A DNA stretch of 54,759 bases from Myxococcales bacterium. Lineage in GTDB: Bacteria; Myxococcota; Myxococcia; Myxococcales; 40CM-4-68-19. A program made the translations under genes and the position numbers. The notes below the pieces were generated by a model that was not told where the DNA came from, ran no database searches, and saw only the letters and a list, made by a program, of their open reading frames with translations. Where the stretch lies: positions 1 through 54,759 of the forward strand of contig JAIVGS010000001.1 of NCBI GenBank assembly GCA_020201435.1. The letters run 5' to 3'. Below, piece after piece: positions 15,220 through 26,071 of the stretch (position 1 is the first letter of the stretch; every line of letters starts with the position of its first letter).

Positions 15220-15741
15220 ATGCGTTTCCCGATCCTCGCGTCTGTGATGCTTCTGGCCGGCTGTCCGGGGCTCGGCCAGGTCGGATTCGACGTCGATTCG
15301 ACCGGCCGCTCCACCATCCAAGGGTCGGCGGCGGGCGGCCTGCTGCCGGCGTTCCCGGGCTTCACCGGGTTCGGCAGCATGAGCTTCTCGCAGGACCAGA
15401 CCTTCTCGAACAACAACACCAACAAGGATCACGTCAGCTCGTGCAGGACGAAGAAGCTGACGCTGAAGATCGTGAGCCCGACCGGCGCGAACCTCTCGTT
15501 CATCTCGGCGATCGAGTTCCACATCCAGGCGCCCAATCTGCCAGACGTGAAGATCGCCGAGCTGTCGCCGATCCCGGCGGGCGCCACGATTGTCGAGCTC
15601 AACCTCGACGACGTCGAGCTCGCTCCCTATGCGAAGGCCGACAGCTTTTCCATCACCACCAAGGGGACGGCCTCTGTACCGCCACAGGACACGACCATCG
15701 AAGCCGATCTGACGCTCCACATCGTCGCGAACGTGCTGTAG
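15220..15741 (+). CDS. Putative lipoprotein of unknown function
   Basis: Signal peptide II with lipobox LAGC (MRFPILASVMLLAGC); beta-rich mature part. Confidence 0.8.
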   Translation: MRFPILASVMLLAGCPGLGQVGFDVDSTGRSTIQGSAAGGLLPAFPGFTGFGSMSFSQDQTFSNNNTNKDHVSSCRTKKLTLKIVSPTGANLSFISAIEFHIQAPNLPDVKIAELSPIPAGATIVELNLDDVELAPYAKADSFSITTKGTASVPPQDTTIEADLTLHIVANVL

Positions 15742-16092
<351 letters not shown>

Positions 16093-16105
16093 AGGAGAGG
16101 CATCG

Positions 16106-17554
16106 ATGCCCAAGGGCAAGGACGTCATCGGATTGGCGCAGGACAAGAAGGCCGTGATGGTCGATCTGAAGTTCATGGACTTCCTCGGCCTCTGGCAGCA
16201 TTTCACGATCCCGATCTCGGAGCTGAACGAGGCGGTGTTCGACGAAGGCCTCGGGTTCGACGGGAGCTCGATCCGCGGCTGGGCGCCGATCCACGCCAGC
16301 GACATGCTGGTGTTCCCGGATCCGGACACCGCGGTCATCGACCCGTTCATGAAAGACACGACGCTGTCCTTGATCTGCAACATCGTCGACCCGATCACCA
16401 AGGAGCCGTACAACCGCGACCCGCGGTTCATCGCCCAGAAGGCGGAGCGTTATCTGAAACAGACCGGGCTCGGCGACACCGCCTATTACGGGCCGGAGGC
16501 CGAGTTCTTCATCTTCGACGGCGTTTCGTACGACGTGGGCGTCAACCATTCCGGCTACAAGATCGAGTCGCGCGAAGGCCAGTGGGAGACCGGCCACAGC
16601 CGCGAGACGCACTTCGACGGCAAGCACGTGCAGGAGCGGCCGAACCTCGGCTACAAGCCGCGCTACAAGGAAGGGTACTTCCCGGTCGCGCCGATCGATT
16701 CGCAGCAGGACCTGCGGACCGAGATGGTCCGGGTGATGGAGCAGGTCGGGATCCAGGTCGAGCGGCAGCACCACGAGGTCGCGACCGCGGGTCAGGCCGA
16801 GATCGACATCCGCTTCGACAGCCTCGTCCGCTGCGCCGACAAGCTGATGTGGTTCAAGTACGTCATCAAGAACGTCGCGCTGCGCAACGGCAAGACGGTG
16901 ACGTTCATGCCCAAGCCGCTCTATGGCGACAACGGAAGCGGCATGCATACCCACCAGTCGATCTGGAAGGGCGGCAAGCCGTTGTTCGCCGGCGAGGGCT
17001 ACGCCGGCATGAGCGAGATGGCGCTGCACTACATCGGCGGCGTCTTGAAGCACGCGCGGTCGCTGGCGGCGATCTGCAACCCGACGACGAACTCGTACAA
17101 GCGGCTGGTGCCGGGGTTCGAGGCGCCGGTGAACCTCGCGTACAGCTCGCGCAACCGGAGCGCGGCGATCCGCATCCCGATGTACTCGCCGTCGCCGAAG
17201 GCGAAGCGCCTCGAGTTCCGCTCGCCGGACCCGTCGTGCAACCCCTATCTCGCCTTCGCGGCGATGCTCATGGCCGGGCTCGACGGGATCGAAAACCGGG
17301 TCGACCCCGGCGATCCGCTCGACAAGGACATCTACGGGCTGTCGCCGGAAGAGCTGAAAGACGTCCCGAAGATGCCGGGCTCGCTGGAGGAGGCGCTCGA
17401 TTGCCTCAAGAAGGACCACGAGTTCCTGCTCAAGGGCGACGTCTTCACGCAGGACGTGATCGAGGCGTGGATCGACACCAAGGTCGAGAAGGAGCTGAAC
17501 CCCGTTCGGCTCCGCCCCTCGCCGATGGAATTTGCGCTGTATTTCGATATTTAA
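16106..17554 (+). CDS. glnA: Glutamine synthetase type I (GSI-beta)
   Basis: [40 protein letters not shown], adenylylation site DKDIY; SD-like GAGG upstream. Confidence 0.98.
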   Translation: MPKGKDVIGLAQDKKAVMVDLKFMDFLGLWQHFTIPISELNEAVFDEGLGFDGSSIRGWAPIHASDMLVFPDPDTAVIDPFMKDTTLSLICNIVDPITKEPYNRDPRFIAQKAERYLKQTGLGDTAYYGPEAEFFIFDGVSYDVGVNHSGYKIESREGQWETGHSRETHFDGKHVQERPNLGYKPRYKEGYFPVAPIDSQQDLRTEMVRVMEQVGIQVERQHHEVATAGQAEIDIRFDSLVRCADKLMWFKYVIKNVALRNGKTVTFMPKPLYGDNGSGMHTHQSIWKGGKPLFAGEGYAGMSEMALHYIGGVLKHARSLAAICNPTTNSYKRLVPGFEAPVNLAYSSRNRSAAIRIPMYSPSPKAKRLEFRSPDPSCNPYLAFAAMLMAGLDGIENRVDPGDPLDKDIYGLSPEELKDVPKMPGSLEEALDCLKKDHEFLLKGDVFTQDVIEAWIDTKVEKELNPVRLRPSPMEFALYFDI

Positions 17555-18149
17555 GTCCGGCCACCGAAGGTGGCTTAGGACCTGCGCAGTCGTTTTGTCT
17601 TGCGGGGTCGCCTGTACGCCGGCCGCGGCGCGCAGGACGGTCGATCCGCAAGTATTGCGCGGGGTTACGCTCGGCGTGCCCGAGCCGGCCGATGCCCGGC
17701 CGACGCCGGGGATCGGCTGCGGGCAGGTCTCGCAGGACCTCGCGCTGCGGGCGCACAAGGCGCTGGTCTCGGCATTCACCGACGCCGGCGCGAACGTCAC
17801 CAACTCGAGTACCGGCCCGCTGGTGCTGACCGTCGCCGTCCGCGAGGCGACGATGGGACCGGAGAACGAGCGGCCGCGGCGCACCGACAAGCCGGTGGTG
17901 CAGGGTCAGCCGGACGCGCCGCCGCTCGATCAGCCGCAGCAGAGCTGGTTCAACTCCGGCCAGGGCAACGTCCAGGTCGTGCTCGACGCGACCCTCTCGC
18001 GCGACGGAGCGGTGGTCTGGCGCGACACGGTGAGCGGCCACGCGCAGTCGGCGCCGTGCGTACAGGCGGTGGACAAGGTTCGCGAGGCGCTGTCGGACGC
18101 GGTCGACGCGCTGCGCGCTCGGGTGATTCCGCTGGTCAGAGCCCCTTGA
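17532..18149 (+). CDS. Hypothetical exported protein/lipoprotein
   Basis: Hydrophobic stretch ending GVAC, then an alpha/beta-like region with host-like codon use; start uncertain. Confidence 0.55.
   Translation: MRCISIFKSGHRRWLRTCAVVLSCGVACTPAAARRTVDPQVLRGVTLGVPEPADARPTPGIGCGQVSQDLALRAHKALVSAFTDAGANVTNSSTGPLVLTVAVREATMGPENERPRRTDKPVVQGQPDAPPLDQPQQSWFNSGQGNVQVVLDATLSRDGAVVWRDTVSGHAQSAPCVQAVDKVREALSDAVDALRARVIPLVRAP
17555..17581 (+). terminator. Hairpin immediately after glnA (possible terminator or 3' stabiliser)
   Basis: GTCC-GGCCACC-GAA-GGTGGCT-TAGGAC; no U-tract. Confidence 0.3.
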
Positions 18150-18540
18150 GGCGGTAGTTGGCGACGCCGCCGGCCGACTTCTGCTCGACCAGCTTGCCCT
18201 CGCGGACGAGGTCGTCGAGCAGCGCGCTGGCCTGGAAGTGATCGATCTTCAGCTCGCTCGAGATCGCTTCGGCGCTGACCAGGAGCTTCTGCCGCATCAT
18301 CCGGACGATGGCGTCCTTCTGGTCCTGTTTCTTCTGTAAAGTCGCGATGTTGGTGCTCATGCCGCGGCGGATGCCGAGGACGATGAGCGCGACCACCGCG
18401 ATCGCGACCAGCGGAAAGACGACCTCGCCGTGGTCCTCGACGAAGTACCAGACGTCGTGCCACTGGTCTTCGGCCGGCGGGTGCGGCTTGTGCCGGCGGG
18501 GCGCGAAAGCGAGCAGAGCGTGGCAGAGTGCCGCCAGCAC
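18136..18540 (-). CDS. Hypothetical membrane protein with C-terminal winged-helix-like domain
   Basis: Signal-like start (GTG 18540), TM VVFPLVAIAVVALIVLGI, then AISSELKIDHFQASALLDDLVREGKLVE. Confidence 0.65.
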   Translation of the reverse strand: MLAALCHALLAFAPRRHKPHPPAEDQWHDVWYFVEDHGEVVFPLVAIAVVALIVLGIRRGMSTNIATLQKKQDQKDAIVRMMRQKLLVSAEAISSELKIDHFQASALLDDLVREGKLVEQKSAGGVANYRLKGL

Positions 18541-18576
18541 GGCGGCGTACCTACGGCAGAAGTTGGAGGGGATCAA

Positions 18577-19956
18577 GTGCGAGGTGCCGTACTGGGGGCG
18601 ATCGCGGGTGCAGCGATCGCCACACTGCCGGGGCGGGCCGGGATCATCGCCGCGGTCGTGGGAGCTCTCGCCGGCGGCGCGATCGGTTGGCGGTTCGCGC
18701 GCGGCCCGATGGGGTTTTCACCCTGGTCGCTGGCGGTGCTGCTCTTCCTCATGCCGGCGCTGTGGATGCCGGTCGCGCCGGGCGCGGACATGGCGATGCA
18801 CGTCGCGCTCGCGCGTGGGCTGCTCGATGGCGTGCTGTCGCCGGCCTGGCCCGGTGTGGCGGCCGGCGCGTATCCTCGCGGATTTTCAGCGGTTGTGGCC
18901 CTTTTTGGACCGCTGGGCCTGGCCCGTGCCGGGCTGCTCGCGGCCGGCGTTTCTTACCTCGTCTTCTGGGCAGGCCTCGCGGCGATCCTCGAGACGCTCC
19001 GGACGCCGGCCGCCAGAACGGTGGCGGCGGTCGCGCTGCTGCTCTCTCGGACGCCGCAGATCTTTTTCGACTGGGGCGGCAATCCGACCGCGCTCGCGAT
19101 CGGGCTCGCGCTGTTCGGCGCGGCGCAGGAGACGGCGGTTTCCGCTCTGTACTTCGCCGGCGCATCCGCCGTCCACCCGATGGGGGCGGTCGCGGGGGTA
19201 CTGGCGTTTTGTACAAAACGCACATTTTGTACGAAAGGCGCATGGGTCCCCGCCCTCACGGGGGTCGCCGGGGTGGGGTTCGTCGTGGGGGTGCTGGCCG
19301 TGTTCGGGCCGCGGTTGTCGGCGAACGAGACGGCGTGGTTGCGCGATTACGCCTTCCGGCAGGAGCGGGTCGGCTTCGGCGTGCTCGGCGATGCGGCCAA
19401 CATCGCGACCGCGCTGGCGACGGCCTGGCTTCTCTGGAAGCGCCGCTGGCGGCCGGTCGCGACGGCGGCGGCGGCGATTCTCGCGATGTCCGCCCTGTTC
19501 AAGTTGGCCCCCTATGCGGGCCTGTATCCGGTGCGATTGGCGCCGATGCTGTTGCTCGTGGTTGCCCCTCTTTGGGGGCGGGCCGCGGCGACGCGGATTC
19601 CACTGCTCGGGCCGGTCGCGATCGTGCTGGCGCTGCCGTTTCACTTCCGGTCGTATCAGGGGGCGGTGCCGATCGCGACGTTCGGCGACTTGCGGGCGAT
19701 CGCGTGCGTCGAGCGGAGCACGCCCAAAAATGCAGTGATCGACGGAGCTTACGGCGACGCGACGCAGTGGATTCCGGCGCTGGCCGATCGCGCCGTGACC
19801 CGGCCGCACCTGCACGTCAGCCTCTTCGACGAGATGCCCGCGTTGCCGCAGCCGTCGTTCAGATTCGTCGGCGATCGTCTGCGTTATCCGCCGGCGATCG
19901 ACCCGCCGCCGAAGACCATGCCGCTTTGCGACGGAAAGCTCTATCCTCCTCGATGA
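18577..19956 (+). CDS. Polytopic membrane protein, possibly GT-C-fold glycosyltransferase-like
   Basis: GGAGGGG SD + GTG 18577; many TM segments; PGADMAMH, YPRGFS and WGG.P loops; soluble C-terminus. Confidence 0.7.
   Translation: MRGAVLGAIAGAAIATLPGRAGIIAAVVGALAGGAIGWRFARGPMGFSPWSLAVLLFLMPALWMPVAPGADMAMHVALARGLLDGVLSPAWPGVAAGAYPRGFSAVVALFGPLGLARAGLLAAGVSYLVFWAGLAAILETLRTPAARTVAAVALLLSRTPQIFFDWGGNPTALAIGLALFGAAQETAVSALYFAGASAVHPMGAVAGVLAFCTKRTFCTKGAWVPALTGVAGVGFVVGVLAVFGPRLSANETAWLRDYAFRQERVGFGVLGDAANIATALATAWLLWKRRWRPVATAAAAILAMSALFKLAPYAGLYPVRLAPMLLLVVAPLWGRAAATRIPLLGPVAIVLALPFHFRSYQGAVPIATFGDLRAIACVERSTPKNAVIDGAYGDATQWIPALADRAVTRPHLHVSLFDEMPALPQPSFRFVGDRLRYPPAIDPPPKTMPLCDGKLYPPR
19204..19239. 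repeat. AT-rich 18-bp perfect palindrome plus degenerate tandem copy, in frame
   Basis: GCGTTTTGTACAAAACGC then ACATTTTGTACGAAAGGC; encodes AFCTKRTFCTKG. Confidence 0.75.
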
Positions 19957-21619
19957 TCTGTTCGCAGCGAGCGAGAAGCTCGGGAAAGCCGTCCCGCGTC
20001 AGAGCAGACACCGCGACGCCGCCCGCCGAGAGTGCGAGAGTGCGGGCCGCTTCCGGCGCTCGATCGGACTTGTTGTAGACCAGCAATCGCGGGGTCCGCC
20101 CGACGTCGAGCGTCGCCAGCACGCGCTCGACGGCCGCGGCCTGCTCGTCGTGGCGCGGATCGCTCGCGTCGACGACGTGCAGCAGGAGATCCGCCTCCTC
20201 GAGCTCTTCGAGAGTGGCGCGGAAGGCGTTGACGAGGTCGGCCGGCAGATCGCGGATGAAGCCGACGGTGTCGGTCACGATCACTTCCCGATCGATCACA
20301 TGCTTCCGGCCCTCGGCCTCCAGCCCGTCGGCGGGCGGAGCCGGCCTCCTCCCCGGGAACTTGAGCCGCCGAGAGGTCGGGTCGAGCGTGGCGAACAGCT
20401 TGTTCTCCGCGAGCACGTCTGAATTCGTCAATGAATTCAACAGTGTACTCTTGCCGGCGTTGGTGTAGCCGACGATCGAGACCACCGGCGCGCCGCTGCG
20501 GTTGCGCTGGCGGCGGCGGACGGCGCGGTCGCCGGAGAGGCGGTCGATGCGCTCTTCGAGGACCGCGATCCGATCGCGGACGCGGCGCCGGTCGACCTCG
20601 AGCTTGGTTTCGCCGGGTCCACGGCCGCCGATCCCGCCGGCCAGACGCGACAGCGAGTCGTCCTTCCCCACCAGGCGCGGCAACAGGTACTTGAGCTGGG
20701 CCAGCTCGACCTGGAGCTTGCCGTCCGCGCTCTGCGCGCGCTGGGCGAAGATGTCGAGGATCAGCTGCGTGCGATCGAGGATCTTGAGCGACGTCGTTTC
20801 CGAGATGTGCCGCGCCTGCGACGGCGTCAGGTTCCGGTCGAAGACGAGCAGGTCGGCGCCGAGCGCCATCGACCGCACCAGGACGTCCTGCAGCTTGCCT
20901 TCGCCGATCAGCGTGCGTGGATCGGGATCGCGGCGACTCTGCAGGATGGTATCGAGAACTTCGACGCCGGCGGTGCGCGCGAGCTCGGACAGCTCGGCCA
21001 ACGACGCTTCGGCGCTCGAACGCTCTCCCCGGTGGACGCCGATCAGGATCGCCCGGCCCTGGACGCCGACCTCGCGGACCGGCGCGGTCCGCGCCATCTC
21101 CTGCTCGAGCGCCGCCACCTGGGCCTGCGCGTCGAAGTCGAGGTCGTAGATGCTCGCCGCCTCGCTCACCCGGTAGAGCTCGCCGGATGCGTTGAAGGGG
21201 AGAAGCGTGGCGAGGTAGACCTTCCCCGGCAGGCCGTCGTCGCGCGCCACGACCGCGACGATCGCGTCGAGCCGCAGCAGCACGAGGTCGGTCAGGTCGT
21301 CGCGGGTGAGCGGCTCGTCCTTCAGATGCGTATGGACGAGGCGCAGGCCGCGGAGGCGGGCCTGGCCGGCGCGGGCGCGGCCGATGTCGGGGAGGACGAG
21401 CTGCTTCGCGTCGCCGACGATGACGTGCTCGACCTCGCCGCGGCGGTTGAGGAGGACACCCACCTGCCGGCCGACTTCCCTCGAGATTTCGGTGAGATGG
21501 CGCGCCAGCTCGGGCGAGACCAGCTCGCGCTGCTGGCTCCGGCGGCGCCAGGTGGCGAGCAGGCGCCTGGACTGGCTGGCCTTGAGTCCCGCGGTGTTTC
21601 CGGAGAGGTCTTGTTTCAA
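19859..21619 (-). CDS. hflX: GTPase HflX (long form with N-terminal extension)
   Basis: [54 protein letters not shown]. Confidence 0.96.
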   Translation of the reverse strand: MKQDLSGNTAGLKASQSRRLLATWRRRSQQRELVSPELARHLTEISREVGRQVGVLLNRRGEVEHVIVGDAKQLVLPDIGRARAGQARLRGLRLVHTHLKDEPLTRDDLTDLVLLRLDAIVAVVARDDGLPGKVYLATLLPFNASGELYRVSEAASIYDLDFDAQAQVAALEQEMARTAPVREVGVQGRAILIGVHRGERSSAEASLAELSELARTAGVEVLDTILQSRRDPDPRTLIGEGKLQDVLVRSMALGADLLVFDRNLTPSQARHISETTSLKILDRTQLILDIFAQRAQSADGKLQVELAQLKYLLPRLVGKDDSLSRLAGGIGGRGPGETKLEVDRRRVRDRIAVLEERIDRLSGDRAVRRRQRNRSGAPVVSIVGYTNAGKSTLLNSLTNSDVLAENKLFATLDPTSRRLKFPGRRPAPPADGLEAEGRKHVIDREVIVTDTVGFIRDLPADLVNAFRATLEELEEADLLLHVVDASDPRHDEQAAAVERVLATLDVGRTPRLLVYNKSDRAPEAARTLALSAGGVAVSALTRDGFPELLARCEQIIEEDRAFRRKAAWSSAAGRSPADNADDRRRI

Positions 21620-21663
21620 GGTTTCACCGTCTAATCGGTGCTACATTCTCTCGCAAGAGTCGA

Positions 21664-22791
21664 ATGACGAATCCCCGCTTTTCCCTCGCGCGATCGAAAC
21701 GGCCGGTGATCAAGATCGGGTCGGCGGTGCTCGCCGGGGGAGGGGCCAAGTCCTCGCTCGACCGGAAGAAATTCTCGGCGCTGTGCGACGACATCGCGGG
21801 GGTAGCGAAAGGTCGCACCCCGGTCGTCGTCACGAGCGGGGCGGTCGCGCTCGGCGTCGAGCGGCTTGGCCTTGGGGCGCGTCCCAAAGAGATGGCGCTC
21901 AAGCAGGCCGCGGCGGCAGCGGGGCAGTCGCGCTTGATGCGACTCTACGACGACGAGCTCGAGGCACGTGGATTGCGGTGCGCGCAGGTCCTGTTGACGC
22001 ATGCGGACATCGCCAACCGCGGGCGCTATCTGAATGCGCGGCGGGCGCTGGCGGAGCTGTTGTCTCGGGAGGTGGTGCCGGTCATCAACGAGAACGACAC
22101 CGTCAGCGTCGAGGAGATCAAGTTCGGCGACAACGACGCGCTCGCGGCGATGGTGGTCGATCTGGTCGAGGCCGATCTCCTGATCATCCTGACCGACGCC
22201 GGCGGCGTGTTCAGCGCCGACCCGCGGAAGTATCCGGATGCACAAAGGATTCCGGTCATCGAGCGGGTGACGGCGGCGGTCGAAACGCTCGCGGGTGGCT
22301 CGGAGTCCGACCTCGGGACCGGCGGCATGATCACGAAATTGCGGGCGGCCCGGCGGGCTTCGGAAGCGGGCGTCGCGTCCGCGATCCTGCCCGGCGAGCC
22401 CGGGATGCTCGGAAAGCTCTTCGCCGGCGAGGACGTGGGAACCCTCGTGCAGGCGCAGGGAGAGCGGCGGCGGCTGCGCAAGCGGTGGATGCTCGACTTG
22501 AAGGCGCGCGGCTCGCTGCTGGTCGACGACGGCGCGCGGGCGGCGCTGATCGAGCGGAAGAAGAGCCTGCTCCCGAGCGGCGTGCGCGAGGTCCACGGGG
22601 CGTTTCTCTCCGGCGATCCGGTCGAGATCGCGACGCTCGACGGGCACCCCTTCGCTCGCGGCCTCGCGGTGTACTCGGCCGACGAGGTGCGGCGCATCTC
22701 CGGCCTGCGCAGCGCGGAGATCGAGTCGAAGCTGGGGTATCGGCTGCTCGATTGCGTCGTGCACCGGGACGACCTGGTGGTGACGGCTTGA
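21664..22791 (+). CDS. proB: Glutamate 5-kinase with PUA domain
   Basis: [45 protein letters not shown]. Confidence 0.97.
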   Translation: MTNPRFSLARSKRPVIKIGSAVLAGGGAKSSLDRKKFSALCDDIAGVAKGRTPVVVTSGAVALGVERLGLGARPKEMALKQAAAAAGQSRLMRLYDDELEARGLRCAQVLLTHADIANRGRYLNARRALAELLSREVVPVINENDTVSVEEIKFGDNDALAAMVVDLVEADLLIILTDAGGVFSADPRKYPDAQRIPVIERVTAAVETLAGGSESDLGTGGMITKLRAARRASEAGVASAILPGEPGMLGKLFAGEDVGTLVQAQGERRRLRKRWMLDLKARGSLLVDDGARAALIERKKSLLPSGVREVHGAFLSGDPVEIATLDGHPFARGLAVYSADEVRRISGLRSAEIESKLGYRLLDCVVHRDDLVVTA

Positions 22792-23945
22792 GGCCGGAGC
22801 TGAAGCTGTCGGCTCTCGAATTGGCCGAGCGCGCGCGGGTGGCATCGCGGGAGCTGCTCAAAGTCGATCGCGCCAAGCTGGTCCTCGACGCGGCGGCGGG
22901 GATCGAGAAGCGGGCAGCGGAGATCCTCGCGGCCAACGAGATCGACGTTTCACGGGCCCGCGATCTCCCGCCGGCGTTGATCGACCGGCTGCGGCTCGAC
23001 GAGAAGCGGCTGGCAGGCGTCGCGTCCGCGCTGCGCGAAGTCGCGGCGCTGCCCGATCCGGTCGGCGAGGTCGTCGAGTCGTACACCCGGCCGAACGGCC
23101 TGCGCGTCGAGCGCGTCCGGTCGCCGCTCGGCGTCATTCTCATGATCTACGAGGCGCGGCCGAACGTGACCGCCGAGGCGGCGGCGTTGTGCCTGCGCAG
23201 CGGGAACGCGGCGCTGCTGCGCGGCGGGAGCGAGGCGCTGCAGACGAACTCGGCGCTGCTCGCGTGCTTCGAGGAGGATTTCGTCCAGCTGGTGCCGCCC
23301 GATCGGACGCTGCTCGACGAGCTGTTGCAGATGGAGGATCGGATCGACCTCTGCATCCCGCGCGGCGGGCCCTCGCTGATCCGGTTCATCGCCGAGCGGT
23401 CGCGGGTGCCGGTGATCAAGCACTACCAGGGCGTGTGTCATCTCTACGTCGCGCCCGATGCCGACCTGGAGATGGCCGAGAAGATCGTCGTGAACGCCAA
23501 GACGCAGCGGCCGGGCGTCTGCAACGCGCTCGAATGCGTCCTGATCGATCGCAAGGTCGATCTCCTGCCGCGATTGAAGAAAGCGATGCCGCAGGTCGAG
23601 CTGATCGAGGGGCAGTACGGGACCGAATTCCTCGACCTGAAGCTCTCGTACGCGATCGTCGACGGGATCGACGCTGCGCTGCAGCACATCGCGCGCTACG
23701 GAAGCCGTCACACCGAAGCGATCTGCACGCGAGACCGTTCACTCGCTGAACGATTCCTGCGCGAGGTCGACGCCAGCTGCGTCCTCTGGAACGCCTCGAC
23801 GCGGTTCAACGACGGCGGCGAGCTCGGGCTCGGCGCCGAGATCGGGATTTCGACCAGCAAGCTGCACGCCTACGGACCGATGGGCCTGCGCGAGCTCACC
23901 TGCACGCGTTTCGTGGTGCGGGGAGACGGGCAGGTCCGCACATGA
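22788..23945 (+). CDS. proA: Gamma-glutamyl phosphate reductase
   Basis: TTG start overlapping the proB stop; [53 protein letters not shown]. Confidence 0.96.
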   Translation: MRPELKLSALELAERARVASRELLKVDRAKLVLDAAAGIEKRAAEILAANEIDVSRARDLPPALIDRLRLDEKRLAGVASALREVAALPDPVGEVVESYTRPNGLRVERVRSPLGVILMIYEARPNVTAEAAALCLRSGNAALLRGGSEALQTNSALLACFEEDFVQLVPPDRTLLDELLQMEDRIDLCIPRGGPSLIRFIAERSRVPVIKHYQGVCHLYVAPDADLEMAEKIVVNAKTQRPGVCNALECVLIDRKVDLLPRLKKAMPQVELIEGQYGTEFLDLKLSYAIVDGIDAALQHIARYGSRHTEAICTRDRSLAERFLREVDASCVLWNASTRFNDGGELGLGAEIGISTSKLHAYGPMGLRELTCTRFVVRGDGQVRT

Positions 23946-24337
23946 CCCAGGGAGGAAAACGAAGAATGCCGAGCGCAGCCGTCCGAATCGACGAGGATTC
24001 CCGCCGCACCGCCGTCGCCGCCGCCCGCGCGGCGCTGGAGAAGAAAGCCGACGACGTGATCGTGCTCGATCTGCGCGGGGTCTCCGGGTACACGGATTTT
24101 CTCGTCATCGGGTCGGGGACGAGCGATCGGCAGATCGAGTCGATCGCCGAGAGCGTCGAGAAGGAATTGAAGGCGCAGGGGCATCGCGTGGTCGGTTCGG
24201 AAGGACAGCGCGGAGGGCGCTGGGTGCTGCTCGATTTCGGGGACGTGGTGGTGCACGTCTTCCACCAGGACGAGCGGGTGCATTACGACCTCGAGGGGCT
24301 GTGGGCGGACGCGCCGCGGATCGAGGTTGCGCCCTGA
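23942..24337 (+). CDS. rsfS: Ribosome silencing factor
   Basis: [43 protein letters not shown]. Confidence 0.96.
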   Translation: MTQGGKRRMPSAAVRIDEDSRRTAVAAARAALEKKADDVIVLDLRGVSGYTDFLVIGSGTSDRQIESIAESVEKELKAQGHRVVGSEGQRGGRWVLLDFGDVVVHVFHQDERVHYDLEGLWADAPRIEVAP

Positions 24338-24720
24338 AGATTCGGGTGGTCAGCGTCGGGAAGGACAAGGGTCCGACGCTCGAGCTCGCCGAGGAGTACG
24401 CCAGGCGGCTGCAGCGGTTTTGCGAGCTCGACTTGGTCGAGGTGAAAGAAGACGTCCTGGCCAGGGTTCGCGGCGAGATGTGGGCGCTCGATCAACGCGG
24501 CGTCGAGCTGACGTCGGAAGAGCTGGCTCGCAAGCTCTCGGCCCAGATGACGTTCTGCATCGGCGGCGACGAGGGACACACCGACGAGGTGCGGAAAGGT
24601 GCGCGATTTCTCTGGTCGCTCTCGAAGCTGACGCTGCCGCACCGGATCGCGCGGGTCGTCGTGCTCGAACAGCTCTACCGCGCGTTCGAGATCATTCGCG
24701 GCGGGCCGTACCATAAGTGA
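24334..24720 (+). CDS. rlmH: 23S rRNA pseudouridine-1915 N3-methyltransferase (compact)
   Basis: [44 protein letters not shown]. Homology begins at CTG 24334, overlapping the rsfS TGA. Confidence 0.92.
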   Translation: MKIRVVSVGKDKGPTLELAEEYARRLQRFCELDLVEVKEDVLARVRGEMWALDQRGVELTSEELARKLSAQMTFCIGGDEGHTDEVRKGARFLWSLSKLTLPHRIARVVVLEQLYRAFEIIRGGPYHK

Positions 24721-25294
24721 GGCCCTCGCGGGCGGCCCAGTCGGCGAAGCGGGGGCCGAAGTCGACGCCGTTTTTTTGGTGCATCGGGCATCGGCGGTTC
24801 GGCGCGGTCCCGGCCGCGAATTTTTCGCGTACCGACGAGGGGCAGTACGGCCCGGCCAGCTCGCCGGACGCGGCGATCGGCCAGCGCCGCGATCTGCTCG
24901 CGCATCGCCGACTCGACCTGCCGCTGGAGGGCGAGATCGAGCGTGGTGCGGACGGTGCCCTGGGATCCCGGCATGCGCGCGATCGCCTCGACGAAATGCG
25001 CGGCTTCGAATGCGCGCCGCAGCCGCTGCGCGACGAAGTCGGGCGGTCTCTCGCGGATCCGCGACGGCCGCCGCGCGAGCCGGGCGAGAAAACGGGCCTG
25101 GTCGGGCGTCAATGCGCGGGCCGGGCGATCGAAAAAGAGCCGCGCCGCAGCTTGGACGCCGCGGACGTCGGCGCCGAGCGCCGACGCGGGTCAGGTACTG
25201 CTCGAGGATCTGCCGCTTCGACAGCGTCCGCTCGACCCGCCTGCTGCTTCTGGCACGCGGCGAACAGCAGGACGAGCGGGAGTATCCGTTTCAT
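24715..25294 (-). pseudogene. Collapsed remnant of penicillin-binding protein 1C with a lipoprotein signal fragment
   Basis: Hand translation across frameshifts: [16 protein letters not shown] / [19 protein letters not shown] / [33 protein letters not shown]...FEAAHFV...[14 protein letters not shown] / [30 protein letters not shown]. Confidence 0.75.
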
Positions 25295-25318
25295 ATCGAC
25301 CGTAGTAACAGACCGGGA

Positions 25319-26071
25319 ATGAACCCGTATACGCTCGTGCTGCTCCGGCACGGCCAGAGCACGTGGAACCTCGAGAACCGCTTCACCGGGTGGACCGACG
25401 TCGACCTTTCGCCGCAGGGGGTGGAGGAAGCGCGGTCCGCCGGCAGGCTCTTGAAAGAGGGCGGATTCGAGTTCGATGTCGCGTACACGTCGGTCCTGAA
25501 ACGCGCGATCAAGACTTTGGATCTCGCGCTCGACGAGCTCGACCTCGACTGGCTGCCGGTGATCAAGGCGTGGCAGCTGAACGAGCGTCATTACGGGGCG
25601 TTGCAGGGGCTCAACAAGACCGAGATGGCGGCGAAGTACGGCGAGGCCCAGGTCAAGATCTGGCGGCGCAGCTACGACACGCCGCCGCCGCCGCTGTCGC
25701 TGGCGGACGAGCGGCACCCGCGCTTCGACCGCCGGTATTCCGCGCTGGACGTGACGCAGCTGCCGGCGAGCGAGTCGCTGAAAGACACCGTCGCGCGGAT
25801 GCTGCCGTACTGGCACGCGGAGTTGGCGCCGCAGGTCAAGGCTCGTCGTGTGCTCGTCGCGGCACACGGCAATTCGCTGCGCGCGTTGATCAAGTATCTC
25901 GACGACATGTCCGATCAGGAGATCGTCGAGCTGAACGTGCCGACGGGCGTGCCGCTCGTCTATACGCTCGATTCCGAGCTGCGACCGCTCTCGAAGAACT
26001 ACCTCGGCGATCCGGACGCGGTGGCCAAGGCCGCGGAAGCAGTGGCGAAACAGGGACAGGTCAAGCGCTGA
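25319..26071 (+). CDS. gpmA: 2,3-bisphosphoglycerate-dependent phosphoglycerate mutase
   Basis: [44 protein letters not shown]. Confidence 0.97.
   Translation: MNPYTLVLLRHGQSTWNLENRFTGWTDVDLSPQGVEEARSAGRLLKEGGFEFDVAYTSVLKRAIKTLDLALDELDLDWLPVIKAWQLNERHYGALQGLNKTEMAAKYGEAQVKIWRRSYDTPPPPLSLADERHPRFDRRYSALDVTQLPASESLKDTVARMLPYWHAELAPQVKARRVLVAAHGNSLRALIKYLDDMSDQEIVELNVPTGVPLVYTLDSELRPLSKNYLGDPDAVAKAAEAVAKQGQVKR

Noticed and set aside
20419-20450. AT-rich patch with two GAATTC sites in hflX
   Set aside because: Encodes the conserved TLLNSLTNS after the P-loop; no independent evidence of a DNA-level function.
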